Positions 46,091 to 54,029 of a stretch of DNA of 60,425 nt are shown in pieces; the stretch's first letter is position 1, and each line of letters starts with the position of its first letter. This DNA comes from Candidatus Bathyarchaeota archaeon (GTDB lineage Archaea > Thermoproteota > Bathyarchaeia > TCS64). The position numbers and the translations under genes were made by a program. The notes beneath the pieces were generated by a model. That model searched no databases, was not told the DNA's origin, and saw nothing but the letters and a program-made list of their open reading frames with translations. Location: positions 1 through 60,425 of the forward strand of contig JAOZIG010000286.1 in NCBI GenBank assembly GCA_026014515.1, given 5' to 3'.

Positions 46091-47013
46091 TGGCACCCAT
46101 CAAGGGGCGCTTAGGAGATAGGAAAAACGCTACTATGGAGCTAGATGGTCGAGAGATCAAGCTTGTTGTTAAGGGCGGGTTTTTTGGCGGAAAATCAAGT
46201 AACCGTGTAATCAAGCTCGATGATGCAACCTCAATCAAACACGGAACCGGTGAGAAACCCTTTCCCGATGCCATGATGATCAAGATCCAGTACCCTGAAG
46301 AAGAGTTATCCTTTTTTAGCATCAATAAAGCGCCTCTTGAGGCTTTGGCTGTCGAGATGGAGGCTTTTATTGAGAAACGTGACAAGCTTCTTGTCGAGAT
46401 GGAGAAAGAGTTTGTGAGAGACCGTGAGGCTCATGTTGCCCTGCTTTATCTTAACCTTGAGTTTGTTGAGGCTCTTATGGAGCTAGTTACTCGGATTAAT
46501 GGCTCCGTTGATTGGGGTGCAGTTGATACAATGTATCATCAGGTGGAGCGAGTTAATCTAGATAGAGATAATCTAACAGTCACCCGTCCTTCACATCTTA
46601 GTCTTGAGCGCTTGAGTATTGGTATCGATACGCGAAACGTTGACATAATCAAATCCGAGGTTTATGACCTATTATTTGTGTTACGTGAAAGCTGCGCCGA
46701 GAAAGCCAGACATGTTGAGCCTTGGTTCAATAACGTGTTTCATAGGTTGTTCCTCGACTCATTGTTTTCTTTCTGGGGTAGGCATCTTGAGTCTTTAACA
46801 GGGGCGTTCAGCGGTGAGTCTGTTGAGAACTCTGAGATAAGGCTTCAAGAACTAGGCAAACTAGTTCACAAAGAGATAGGAGAAGACGATAAACAACTCA
46901 CAACCAGTCAAGAGTATAGCGAGAACCATAGGATTCTCTTTGAATGGGTTGAGGCACTTCAAAACGTTGAGTTTGAACCAAGTGAAGAACTGGAGAAGCG
47001 TTTAGCTTCCTGA
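46090..47013 (+). CDS. Hypothetical protein with an N-terminal PH-like beta domain and a helical C-terminal domain (module gene 5)
   Basis: 307 aa. The GTG start shares a base with the upstream TAG (46088-46090); ATG at 46135 is an alternative. N-terminus: MELDGREIKLVVKGGFFGGKSSNRVIKLDDATSIKHG...MMIKIQY. Confidence 0.6.
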   Translation: MAPIKGRLGDRKNATMELDGREIKLVVKGGFFGGKSSNRVIKLDDATSIKHGTGEKPFPDAMMIKIQYPEEELSFFSINKAPLEALAVEMEAFIEKRDKLLVEMEKEFVRDREAHVALLYLNLEFVEALMELVTRINGSVDWGAVDTMYHQVERVNLDRDNLTVTRPSHLSLERLSIGIDTRNVDIIKSEVYDLLFVLRESCAEKARHVEPWFNNVFHRLFLDSLFSFWGRHLESLTGAFSGESVENSEIRLQELGKLVHKEIGEDDKQLTTSQEYSENHRILFEWVEALQNVEFEPSEELEKRLAS

Positions 47014-47742
47014 TGCCCACTTGATCATGTTATTCCAGAGTATACCATAGCCATCCCATTCAGCGAACTCTACCGGGCACCAGTGGGGTCCTATGTCAGT
47101 TGTGTATGCCACTGTTCTGCCTTTACCATATTCTCCGATGACTAGGAACGCGTCATCGTCTACTTTAGCTAGTGTTTCTGCTTCTGTTTTTGCTTCTACG
47201 TACTGGTATCCAAGGATGTGGGGCCATACATCAGGCAATCCTTCTGTTATCTGGTGTTGCGTGGTTTTCTTTGGTTGTACTCCTTCTGGGCGTTCGCATC
47301 TATCATCAGATGACAGCATTTTAATTGGTAGTACTTCTGCGATTGGTGTGCGTTGGTACATGGCTGCTCCATTGATGCCTTGGAAGCTCATGTATCCGCC
47401 TGCCATGATGAGTCCGCCGCCGTCTGCGACGTATTTTTGGATGGTTTTGAGGCGGTTTGGTGTTCTTTCTCCGTGGAGCCATGTCTTAGGGTGGAGTAGG
47501 AATGTGTCTGCGCCTACGTCACTGAGGATGATACAGTCATAGTCTAGTTCCTCAGGGTTGAATGGGAAATCGTTTGCCGCTACGTGTGCTGGCATGTGGA
47601 CTAGTTCGATGCCGTGTTTTTCCATAGCTTTTTTGAACCATTCTAGCCCTGTCTCGTAGACTCCTGTAACGAAGCTGTTGAATCCCTTGTAGTGGGTGGT
47701 GATGGCGGTCCAGCTCTCACCCACGAGTAATACCTTAGTCAT
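47002..47742 (-). CDS. Class I glutamine-amidotransferase-like (ThuA/DUF1355-like) protein
   Basis: 246 aa. KVLLVGESW, DCIILSDVGADTF and IQKYVADGGGLIMAGG are typical of non-catalytic GATase1-like proteins. The family call is moderate. Confidence 0.65.
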   Translation of the reverse strand: MTKVLLVGESWTAITTHYKGFNSFVTGVYETGLEWFKKAMEKHGIELVHMPAHVAANDFPFNPEELDYDCIILSDVGADTFLLHPKTWLHGERTPNRLKTIQKYVADGGGLIMAGGYMSFQGINGAAMYQRTPIAEVLPIKMLSSDDRCERPEGVQPKKTTQHQITEGLPDVWPHILGYQYVEAKTEAETLAKVDDDAFLVIGEYGKGRTVAYTTDIGPHWCPVEFAEWDGYGILWNNMIKWASGS

Positions 47743-47781
47743 AGGGTAGTATGGGGGTGTTTTTGTTAATGGATTCTTCGA

Positions 47782-50100
47782 TTAACCCTCTGTGATGTGG
47801 AGGATTCCCCATACTTCAAGGTCTGGTAGTGTCACTGTTAATGTGTCTCCTTCTAGTTGGTGTTCTATTGTTTGCAGTGTGGTTTCTGGTGTTATGTATG
47901 TGACTGTTAGGATGGTATCTGTCATTTCGGTTGGTATCTTTATGTTTAGGGTCTTGTCTTGTACGGGTTTTACGGTGTCCTGCATCCAGTCGTATCTGTT
48001 GTTTACTATGTGGATCACTATTTCTGAGGCGGTGCTGTACATGGTCTTGCTTATGGTTCCCTCTGTCATCCCAGTGATGGTTGATGTTATGCCTGTTTGT
48101 TCGACCATTCCTATGAAATCTAATAGTATTGGATGGTCTGGGGTGTCGATGTATTGACTTCCTTTAACTTGGTCTATTGTGATGAGGTTACCTGTTCCAA
48201 TGGTAGCATCCCTTTCTCTTAGGTAATTGAGTAAGCTGTTGGTGGCTGGGTCTGCTCCTCTCTGGTTCTGAATCGTGTTTATGTTGGATGTAGTTGTGAA
48301 TACTAGTAGGGTTCCTCCTTGGTTTACATAGTCTAGCATTATCTGGGCGTGTGTGGGTGTTACATCTGTTAGCTCAGGTATGATCACTAGGTCGTAGTCA
48401 GTGATTTGATCTAGACTCAAGGGGTATTCGGGTGCAGGGTACTTGTTGACTTCTCCCAAGAGGTCATATTCTTCGGCTCCAAAGACTACATCGTACTGGT
48501 ATCCTGCATCTGCTAGTAGGCTACATGTACCGTAATATGCCTTTGACTGGTAAGAGTCTAGGTTTTCCCATAGGTGCAGAACGCAGACGTTGTTTGTGTT
48601 TGTGTCTATATTGAATAGCTCTGGGTAGGTTGTTGGCATCCTGTAGTATGGCTCTAACGCGTCTAGGTCTACCTGTAATCCGTGTCCTCCTTCTTCTAGG
48701 TACATACAGCCGCCTGAGGCTGTGACCTCTGCTATCATGAGCTTGTACAGGGTTCTGGTTTCTTCCTTGCTTTTTTCAAGTATCATTGATCGTGTCTCCA
48801 TTGATGTTAGTACACTGGGTCTTAGTCCAAGTCCTAATGCTAGTTTGACTGGGGCTGTGGCTCTTGTCTGTGGGTAGAAGCCTTCAAACTTGTTGAATGT
48901 GCATTCCATGTCTAGGAAGTCCACTAGGTCTGCTATTATGAGGGATTCTGGGCTGGATAGGTCGTTGACGTTGATGGTGAAGGGCATCTCTTTGCCTTGT
49001 TCTTCGGCGTAGTGTTTAGCCTTGGTTATGATGTATTCTGCTGCTTCCCGGTTCTTGATTCTGAGGAATCGTTGGTAGTGTTCGTAGAGGGGTATGCTCT
49101 GCTGTATATCCCAGTTCCTCCAGTCGTCATAGGTTAGCTCTGTCCAAGCCGCTGGGAGGGCGTTTCTTACTTCCTTCGCATAATCTAGATCATCCCATGA
49201 TGAGAGCCCAAACTGGTTCTTGTATGTGTTTTTCTCGTTCTCTGTGAGTGCTTCATCCAAGTACTGTTTGAACTGTGTCATGGTGTATTCGCTAAAATCT
49301 GGTTCTAGCACTGCGCTGTAGCAGAGTTCATCCACCAGATACCCGTCTACTCCTGCGTCGATGTTGAGTTTGATGCCTTCGAGTAGGTATTCCTGCCAGT
49401 CTGGGTGGATCAATGTGTGAACATACCAGACTGATTCTTCTCCAATGGTGCCTGATAGTCCATAGTTGCTTGCCCACTTGTTGCCATAGGGGTCAAGGCA
49501 TACTGATGCGTCATGTTCTGGTGGGTCAGGGCCCATCTTCCATGTGGTGATCATGCTGTCGCAGCCTACAACGTAGATGCCTTTTTCGTGCATGAGTTCG
49601 ATGTATTCAGGCCATTCGTCGTTGTTGATGGGTTTCCACATATAATCGAACCAGCTCATCACCGAGACATCCATCTGGTCTATTATCTCTAGGTAGTGTT
49701 CCTTGGTGTATTCACTTGTTGGGTAGGGTGCTCCTGTGACCATTACTGTGGCTAGGTTTGAGAACATTGGTGTTTGGCGTTCTTTCCACCATTCTGGTTC
49801 TGGTGTCCAAGCGGTTTCCTCTTCTTCAGGCTCAGTTTCTTCCTCCTCTTCTTCCTCTATAGGGGCATCGGGGTCGCTTTCTTCCACAAGCTCTACTGTG
49901 CCGCCTTCGAGTTCGGATAAGCCTTCATCCTCAGTTGGCGTCTCTTCGCCTGTTGTTGAGGGCGTTTCTGTTTCTCCAGAGTCAGGCTGAGATGGCGCTC
50001 TTTCTAGGGTGCCCATTTTCATGAATGCGATTCCGCCTATGGCGATTGCTATGATTATCACTATGATGATGTTGCGCATTGAGGAAGCCATAATTATCAA
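47782..50100 (-). CDS. Membrane-anchored extracellular protein with an acidic linker, possible glycoside-hydrolase-like barrel plus a GATase1-like C-domain
   Basis: 772 aa. N-terminal TM (IIIVIIIAIAIGGIAF), an E/T/P-rich linker (aa 34-97, including IEEEEEEETEPEEEE), and C-terminal YDLVIIPELTDVTPTHAQIMLDYVNQGGTLLVF. The function call is weak. Confidence 0.65.
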   Translation of the reverse strand: MIIMASSMRNIIIVIIIAIAIGGIAFMKMGTLERAPSQPDSGETETPSTTGEETPTEDEGLSELEGGTVELVEESDPDAPIEEEEEEETEPEEEETAWTPEPEWWKERQTPMFSNLATVMVTGAPYPTSEYTKEHYLEIIDQMDVSVMSWFDYMWKPINNDEWPEYIELMHEKGIYVVGCDSMITTWKMGPDPPEHDASVCLDPYGNKWASNYGLSGTIGEESVWYVHTLIHPDWQEYLLEGIKLNIDAGVDGYLVDELCYSAVLEPDFSEYTMTQFKQYLDEALTENEKNTYKNQFGLSSWDDLDYAKEVRNALPAAWTELTYDDWRNWDIQQSIPLYEHYQRFLRIKNREAAEYIITKAKHYAEEQGKEMPFTINVNDLSSPESLIIADLVDFLDMECTFNKFEGFYPQTRATAPVKLALGLGLRPSVLTSMETRSMILEKSKEETRTLYKLMIAEVTASGGCMYLEEGGHGLQVDLDALEPYYRMPTTYPELFNIDTNTNNVCVLHLWENLDSYQSKAYYGTCSLLADAGYQYDVVFGAEEYDLLGEVNKYPAPEYPLSLDQITDYDLVIIPELTDVTPTHAQIMLDYVNQGGTLLVFTTTSNINTIQNQRGADPATNSLLNYLRERDATIGTGNLITIDQVKGSQYIDTPDHPILLDFIGMVEQTGITSTITGMTEGTISKTMYSTASEIVIHIVNNRYDWMQDTVKPVQDKTLNIKIPTEMTDTILTVTYITPETTLQTIEHQLEGDTLTVTLPDLEVWGILHITEG

Positions 50101-50204
50101 TTGAGTCTAGCGGATAAACCGTAATGAGTTTTACCCTCATTTACCGGTGAACCTGTTCTGATAGATGTTTTAAACCCGGGGTATTGTTTGATAGTTGATA
50201 GTTT

Positions 50205-51251
50205 TTGGTCGTAAAGATTGGTTTACTTGGATGCGGGGATATCGCATGGTATCATATGAGACAGATACAGGCGCATGATGACGCTGTGTTGTCTGCTGTT
50301 TATAATCGTGGTAGGGAACGGCTTGAAAAGTTGGGGGCTGCCGCTGGGTTGACTGATGATAGTTTGTTTACTGATGTTGACCGGATGTTTGCTGAGGCAG
50401 AATTGGATGCTGTGGTGAATTGTCTTCCTAACCGTCTTCATAGTACTGTATCGGTGGCTGCGTTTAACGCTGGTTTGCATGTTCTCTGTGAGAAACCCAT
50501 GGCAACGAGCCTATCAGAAGCAAAAGCAATGGTTGATGCAGCCCGTAAGAATAAACGTAAACTGCTAATCGGATTAACAAAGCGCTTCCAAGGGGATTCC
50601 ATAGCTGCAAAACAGCTTGTAATGAATGGGACTCTTGGTGATGTCTATTACAGCAAGGCTGGTTGGATGAGGCGTAACGGTATCCCGGGGTGGGGTAGCT
50701 GGTTTACACGTCGCGAGCTTGCTGGCGCTGGACCTATCTATGATATTGGTGTGCATGCGTTGGATTTGACTTGTTGGCTTGGCGGTAACTTCGATGTTGA
50801 TCAAGTGCTGGCATCTAGTTATGCCGAGTTTGGTCCTGAGAAACGTGGTTATGGTGACTGGGGTACAGTCAATGAGTCCGGTTATTATGATGTTGAGGAC
50901 CTCGCCTCTGCTTTTATCAAGATGAAGGACGGCTCCACTGTGGCCTTTGAGGTTAGCTGGGCAGCAAATGTGCCTAGCTCTGAGTTCAGCGTCATGGTTC
51001 TCGGTGACAAGGCAGGACTTGATATGAGTAAGTTGATGATTCACAGCACTAATGGGTCCGAGGTGAATGCACCACTTGAGTACAAGGAGACGGATTCCTA
51101 CTGGGAGGAGATGAGTCACTTTATCGACTGCATCGTGAATGACCGTGAGCCTGTTACCAAGCCTGATGAGATGCTTGGGCTTCAGCGGATGCTTGACATG
51201 ATACTATTGAGCGCAAGGGAGAACCGGGTGGTAAAAGCGTCCGAGGTCTAA
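50205..51251 (+). CDS. Gfo/Idh/MocA-family NAD(P)-dependent oxidoreductase
   Basis: 348 aa with a TTG start. N-terminal KIGLLGCGDIAWYH Rossmann motif and the EKP motif (VLCEKPMA). Confidence 0.85.
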   Translation: MVVKIGLLGCGDIAWYHMRQIQAHDDAVLSAVYNRGRERLEKLGAAAGLTDDSLFTDVDRMFAEAELDAVVNCLPNRLHSTVSVAAFNAGLHVLCEKPMATSLSEAKAMVDAARKNKRKLLIGLTKRFQGDSIAAKQLVMNGTLGDVYYSKAGWMRRNGIPGWGSWFTRRELAGAGPIYDIGVHALDLTCWLGGNFDVDQVLASSYAEFGPEKRGYGDWGTVNESGYYDVEDLASAFIKMKDGSTVAFEVSWAANVPSSEFSVMVLGDKAGLDMSKLMIHSTNGSEVNAPLEYKETDSYWEEMSHFIDCIVNDREPVTKPDEMLGLQRMLDMILLSARENRVVKASEV

Positions 51252-51289
51252 GAGTAAAGCATATCACAAGGGCTGTGGTTCATTGGGTT

Positions 51290-51578
51290 GGTGAGCTGGG
51301 GGGCGGCTGTCGGTCGAAAGGCTGAGGAAACTCCATCCACCGAGTAGGGCTGCGACGCTGTGAGGCGTAAGGGGAGACCCTTGGCAATGGACAGAAACGA
51401 TACCTCCCGTGGCATGCGATGATTCATTGGATGATGAGGTCGCTACGGGCAAGGGTGAGACGACTAACCCGCAGGGTGCAAGGGCGAATAGGCGCCGATA
51501 CCCTCCTACAGGGGGCGCGGGTAGCCCGCATAGCTGAATGCCGCCGAAGAACAGGAGATGGGTTACACCCAGCACACC
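51290..51578 (+). ncRNA. rnpB: RNase P RNA (archaeal type A-like)
   Basis: The terminal helix GTGAGCTGGG (51291-51300) pairs with CCCAGCACAC (51568-51577). It has a CR-I-like GAGGAAACTCCATCC, an ACAGAAA element, and a CR-V-like AGAACAGGAGATGGGTTAC. It is GC-rich and structured, and the only ORF over it is an antisense 103-aa low-complexity artefact. The boundaries are accurate to about 20 nt. Confidence 0.8.
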
Positions 51579-51674
51579 TTTACCTCTAATCGTCTTCTCA
51601 ATATGCTTGATGGGTTTTGTTGGGACTTATAATTTATAGTAAATTAAAATTAGTTAATATAGTATGAGTTTACA

Positions 51675-52475
51675 TTGGTATTCATGAATGTTAAAACAAT
51701 CTTAGCCTATACTTTAGCTATTCTTCTACTAGGAGGTTTTCCCATGGCTTTCGCTCAATCTATCACTGTAACCGATTATACCAGTACCTTCGAGGAGTGG
51801 GATGACTCCGACTGGTACGATGGAGTTATAGAAAACATGGGTGAGACCACTGTGGTTTTTCCAGATGTTACCATCTCATACTATGATGAGGAACATACTC
51901 TTATCCATTCCAAGACAACATCCGCTGAGCTTTCCTATCTTGGACCCGGTGAAAAAACCCCATTCACCATCATAGTTGACCATATGAACTTTACCTCCTT
52001 GGAGTTCAGCGTTGAATCCTCAAGTATGAACTCGTTGCCTTACAGGGATTTTTCGATTACTGAGGTATCTCGTGGAACTGATATATGGGGTTTAAACACA
52101 GTTGCATATGATGTGAAGAATACGGGAGAAATTGATTTGGATCAGATTACCCTGTATGGTATCCATTTCGATGCAAATGGCGACTTTTTAGATTACTCAA
52201 TGAGTTACCTTATTGAAGAGTTAGCTTCTGGGGAGACAGTCTCCATAGAACTTGATACGATTCCTTTAGAGACCGCAGATTCCTATCTCATTATTGATGT
52301 TTTAGAAACGCAGTCAGAGACTTTGACTGGCAGCGATACCACGACATCTAGCCCTACATCAAACACAGACGCTGAACCAGATTCCGGTGGAGGAATTCCC
52401 GGATTCCCCGTTTATGGTCTACTTATGGGGATACTTTTGGTAACCATTCTACTCCAAAGGAAGCCCACATTATAG
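51675..52475 (+). CDS. Secreted protein with a PGF-CTERM-like anchor
   Basis: 266 aa. Signal peptide (ILAYTLAILLLGGFPMAFAQ; the probable ATG start is at 51684), a T/S-rich linker (GSDTTTSSPTSNTD), then GGGIPGFPVYGLLMGILLVTILLQRK. Confidence 0.75.
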   Translation: MVFMNVKTILAYTLAILLLGGFPMAFAQSITVTDYTSTFEEWDDSDWYDGVIENMGETTVVFPDVTISYYDEEHTLIHSKTTSAELSYLGPGEKTPFTIIVDHMNFTSLEFSVESSSMNSLPYRDFSITEVSRGTDIWGLNTVAYDVKNTGEIDLDQITLYGIHFDANGDFLDYSMSYLIEELASGETVSIELDTIPLETADSYLIIDVLETQSETLTGSDTTTSSPTSNTDAEPDSGGGIPGFPVYGLLMGILLVTILLQRKPTL

Positions 52476-52521
52476 TAGATGGGTTACATCCAGCTCACCA
52501 TTTTGCTATGAGTTTTATATT

Positions 52522-53100
52522 ATGAGTCGTTTTTTGGTATTGATGAGCCTAGAGTCCTCTTATAGAGATCTTATTCCGTTGTTTGATGTCTTTAATGAGG
52601 CTATGCTGATTTATGATAGTGAGCAGATTCACTGGGTCAACGATGCACTGGTCGTATTACTGGAATACAATTCAATGGAAGAAATAATCGGAAAAAACAT
52701 AATCTCTTTTCTACACCCAGAATCTCAGCAAGAGGGAACCCATCAGCTTAAACGCCTATATCAGGGCGTGAAACGAACTGGCGGCATCTATACTGCATTA
52801 AAAAAGAATAGGACTCCGGTTTCTGTTGTCTCACGTGGCACTCAGCTTCCCGGTACAGATGAAACGTTACTTATCTCGATTGTAAGACCCGTTGAAGAGG
52901 ATCCAGTTGAGGAAGGGCGTATCTGGTCGGATTTCAAATTCAAACACGAGGTATCAACCTCGATCACTGTCATCAAGGGCTACACTGAGTTGATACAGAA
53001 AAGAGTAGAATCTCACGAGGGATCTGAACTAGGTAAATGGTTTAAAACCATTTTCGAGAACATTGAAAGGATAGAAAAGATTCTCCTTGAACTTACGTAG
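52522..53100 (+). CDS. PAS domain protein with a histidine-kinase DHp (H-box) segment but no ATPase domain
   Basis: 192 aa. PAS-like core (FNEAMLIYDSEQIHWVNDALVVLLEYNSMEEIIGKNIISFLHPES). H-box-like FKHEVSTSITVIKGYTELI. The ORF ends about 45 aa later. Confidence 0.65.
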   Translation: MSRFLVLMSLESSYRDLIPLFDVFNEAMLIYDSEQIHWVNDALVVLLEYNSMEEIIGKNIISFLHPESQQEGTHQLKRLYQGVKRTGGIYTALKKNRTPVSVVSRGTQLPGTDETLLISIVRPVEEDPVEEGRIWSDFKFKHEVSTSITVIKGYTELIQKRVESHEGSELGKWFKTIFENIERIEKILLELT

Positions 53101-53130
53101 TTTAGGAACTATGTCTTTTGAAACGAGATG

Positions 53131-53994
53131 TTATCCTTTGATTCGTTTGAGGTCAACCTCTGCTGCGATGTAACCGAAGCCGCTCCAAGCATTCGTGGAA
53201 ACCACTCGTTCTAGGATTTCAACATACTTATTGTAGTCTCCTCTGAACTTGTACTCGTTGGCGACGCCATACCCTGTTGTTACGAGGCTTAACTGGTCTT
53301 CCTTGTCTCCTATGATGTCCTCTGGTTCCAGTTCTCCTTTGAACATCTTGAGACACTCATAGTATCCAGCGCTTACTGGGCAGTTCATATCCGGCTTGAT
53401 ATGTCCCAGCACTTCCTCTGCTTCGTCATCGTAGCCGAGTCTCTTGAGGATGAGATAGTTCCAGTAACAGGACATGATGATATGGTCATCATTCACCGCT
53501 ACATCAAGCAAGTCATCAAACGCTTTCCTTGCGTTCAGTAGATCTCCCTTGAGCATGTAGGCGAGTCCAAGATGATAGTAAGTGTTGGTGTAGAAGGTAT
53601 ACTCGGTTGTCTCCTCTGCACCAGCTAAGCCACTGGGCTCCATGAAGTCGGGTTTCTCCCACATCAAGTCAACAGCTTTCTCAGAGTCGGCTATGCTGTA
53701 ATCGAACATTCTGAGGCTCAGGTATCTGTGGGCTCTGTGTCTGAGAAACTCCGGATCATCCGGGTAGAGCTTCAATGCCTCTGTGTAGATGTGTATCGCG
53801 TCTCTGTATTTCCCCATGTAGGCATGTTGCCTGCCTAGCCAGAGGAGTTTTTCTCTGTCCTCTGGTTCTCTTTCCCATTCCTCATAGGCTTTGTTAAACT
53901 TGACGAGTTGCTTGTTTTCTGGGTCTGGGTAGCTAACAGGATTGTATAGTGGTTCTCCGAATAGGCTGAATCCCTCTGGGGTCTCGATCTTCAT
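53131..53994 (-). CDS. TPR-like repeat protein (paralogue of 31642..32529)
   Basis: 287 aa. Shares the conserved blocks listed for 31642..32529. Confidence 0.75.
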   Translation of the reverse strand: MKIETPEGFSLFGEPLYNPVSYPDPENKQLVKFNKAYEEWEREPEDREKLLWLGRQHAYMGKYRDAIHIYTEALKLYPDDPEFLRHRAHRYLSLRMFDYSIADSEKAVDLMWEKPDFMEPSGLAGAEETTEYTFYTNTYYHLGLAYMLKGDLLNARKAFDDLLDVAVNDDHIIMSCYWNYLILKRLGYDDEAEEVLGHIKPDMNCPVSAGYYECLKMFKGELEPEDIIGDKEDQLSLVTTGYGVANEYKFRGDYNKYVEILERVVSTNAWSGFGYIAAEVDLKRIKG

Positions 53995-54029
53995 AACTCA
54001 AGCATCTATAGGACGGTATAAGAAAGCTC

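Noticed and set aside
49810-50001. GAA/GAG-rich tract as a possible simple-sequence repeat or slippage site
   Set aside because: It is in frame, imperfect, and encodes the acidic linker of the 772-aa protein. I saw no sign of phase-variable repeats.
50118-50165. Possible C/D-box sRNA (AATGAG ... CTGA) in the intergenic region before the Gfo/Idh/MocA gene
   Set aside because: The C box does not match RUGAUGA, I found no internal D'/C' boxes or terminal stem, and the spacing is only approximate.
51264-51575. 103-aa minus-strand ORF from the track
   Set aside because: The peptide is low-complexity G/P/L/S-rich and lies exactly antisense to a region with RNase P RNA hallmarks. I interpret it as an artefact of a GC-rich structured RNA gene.
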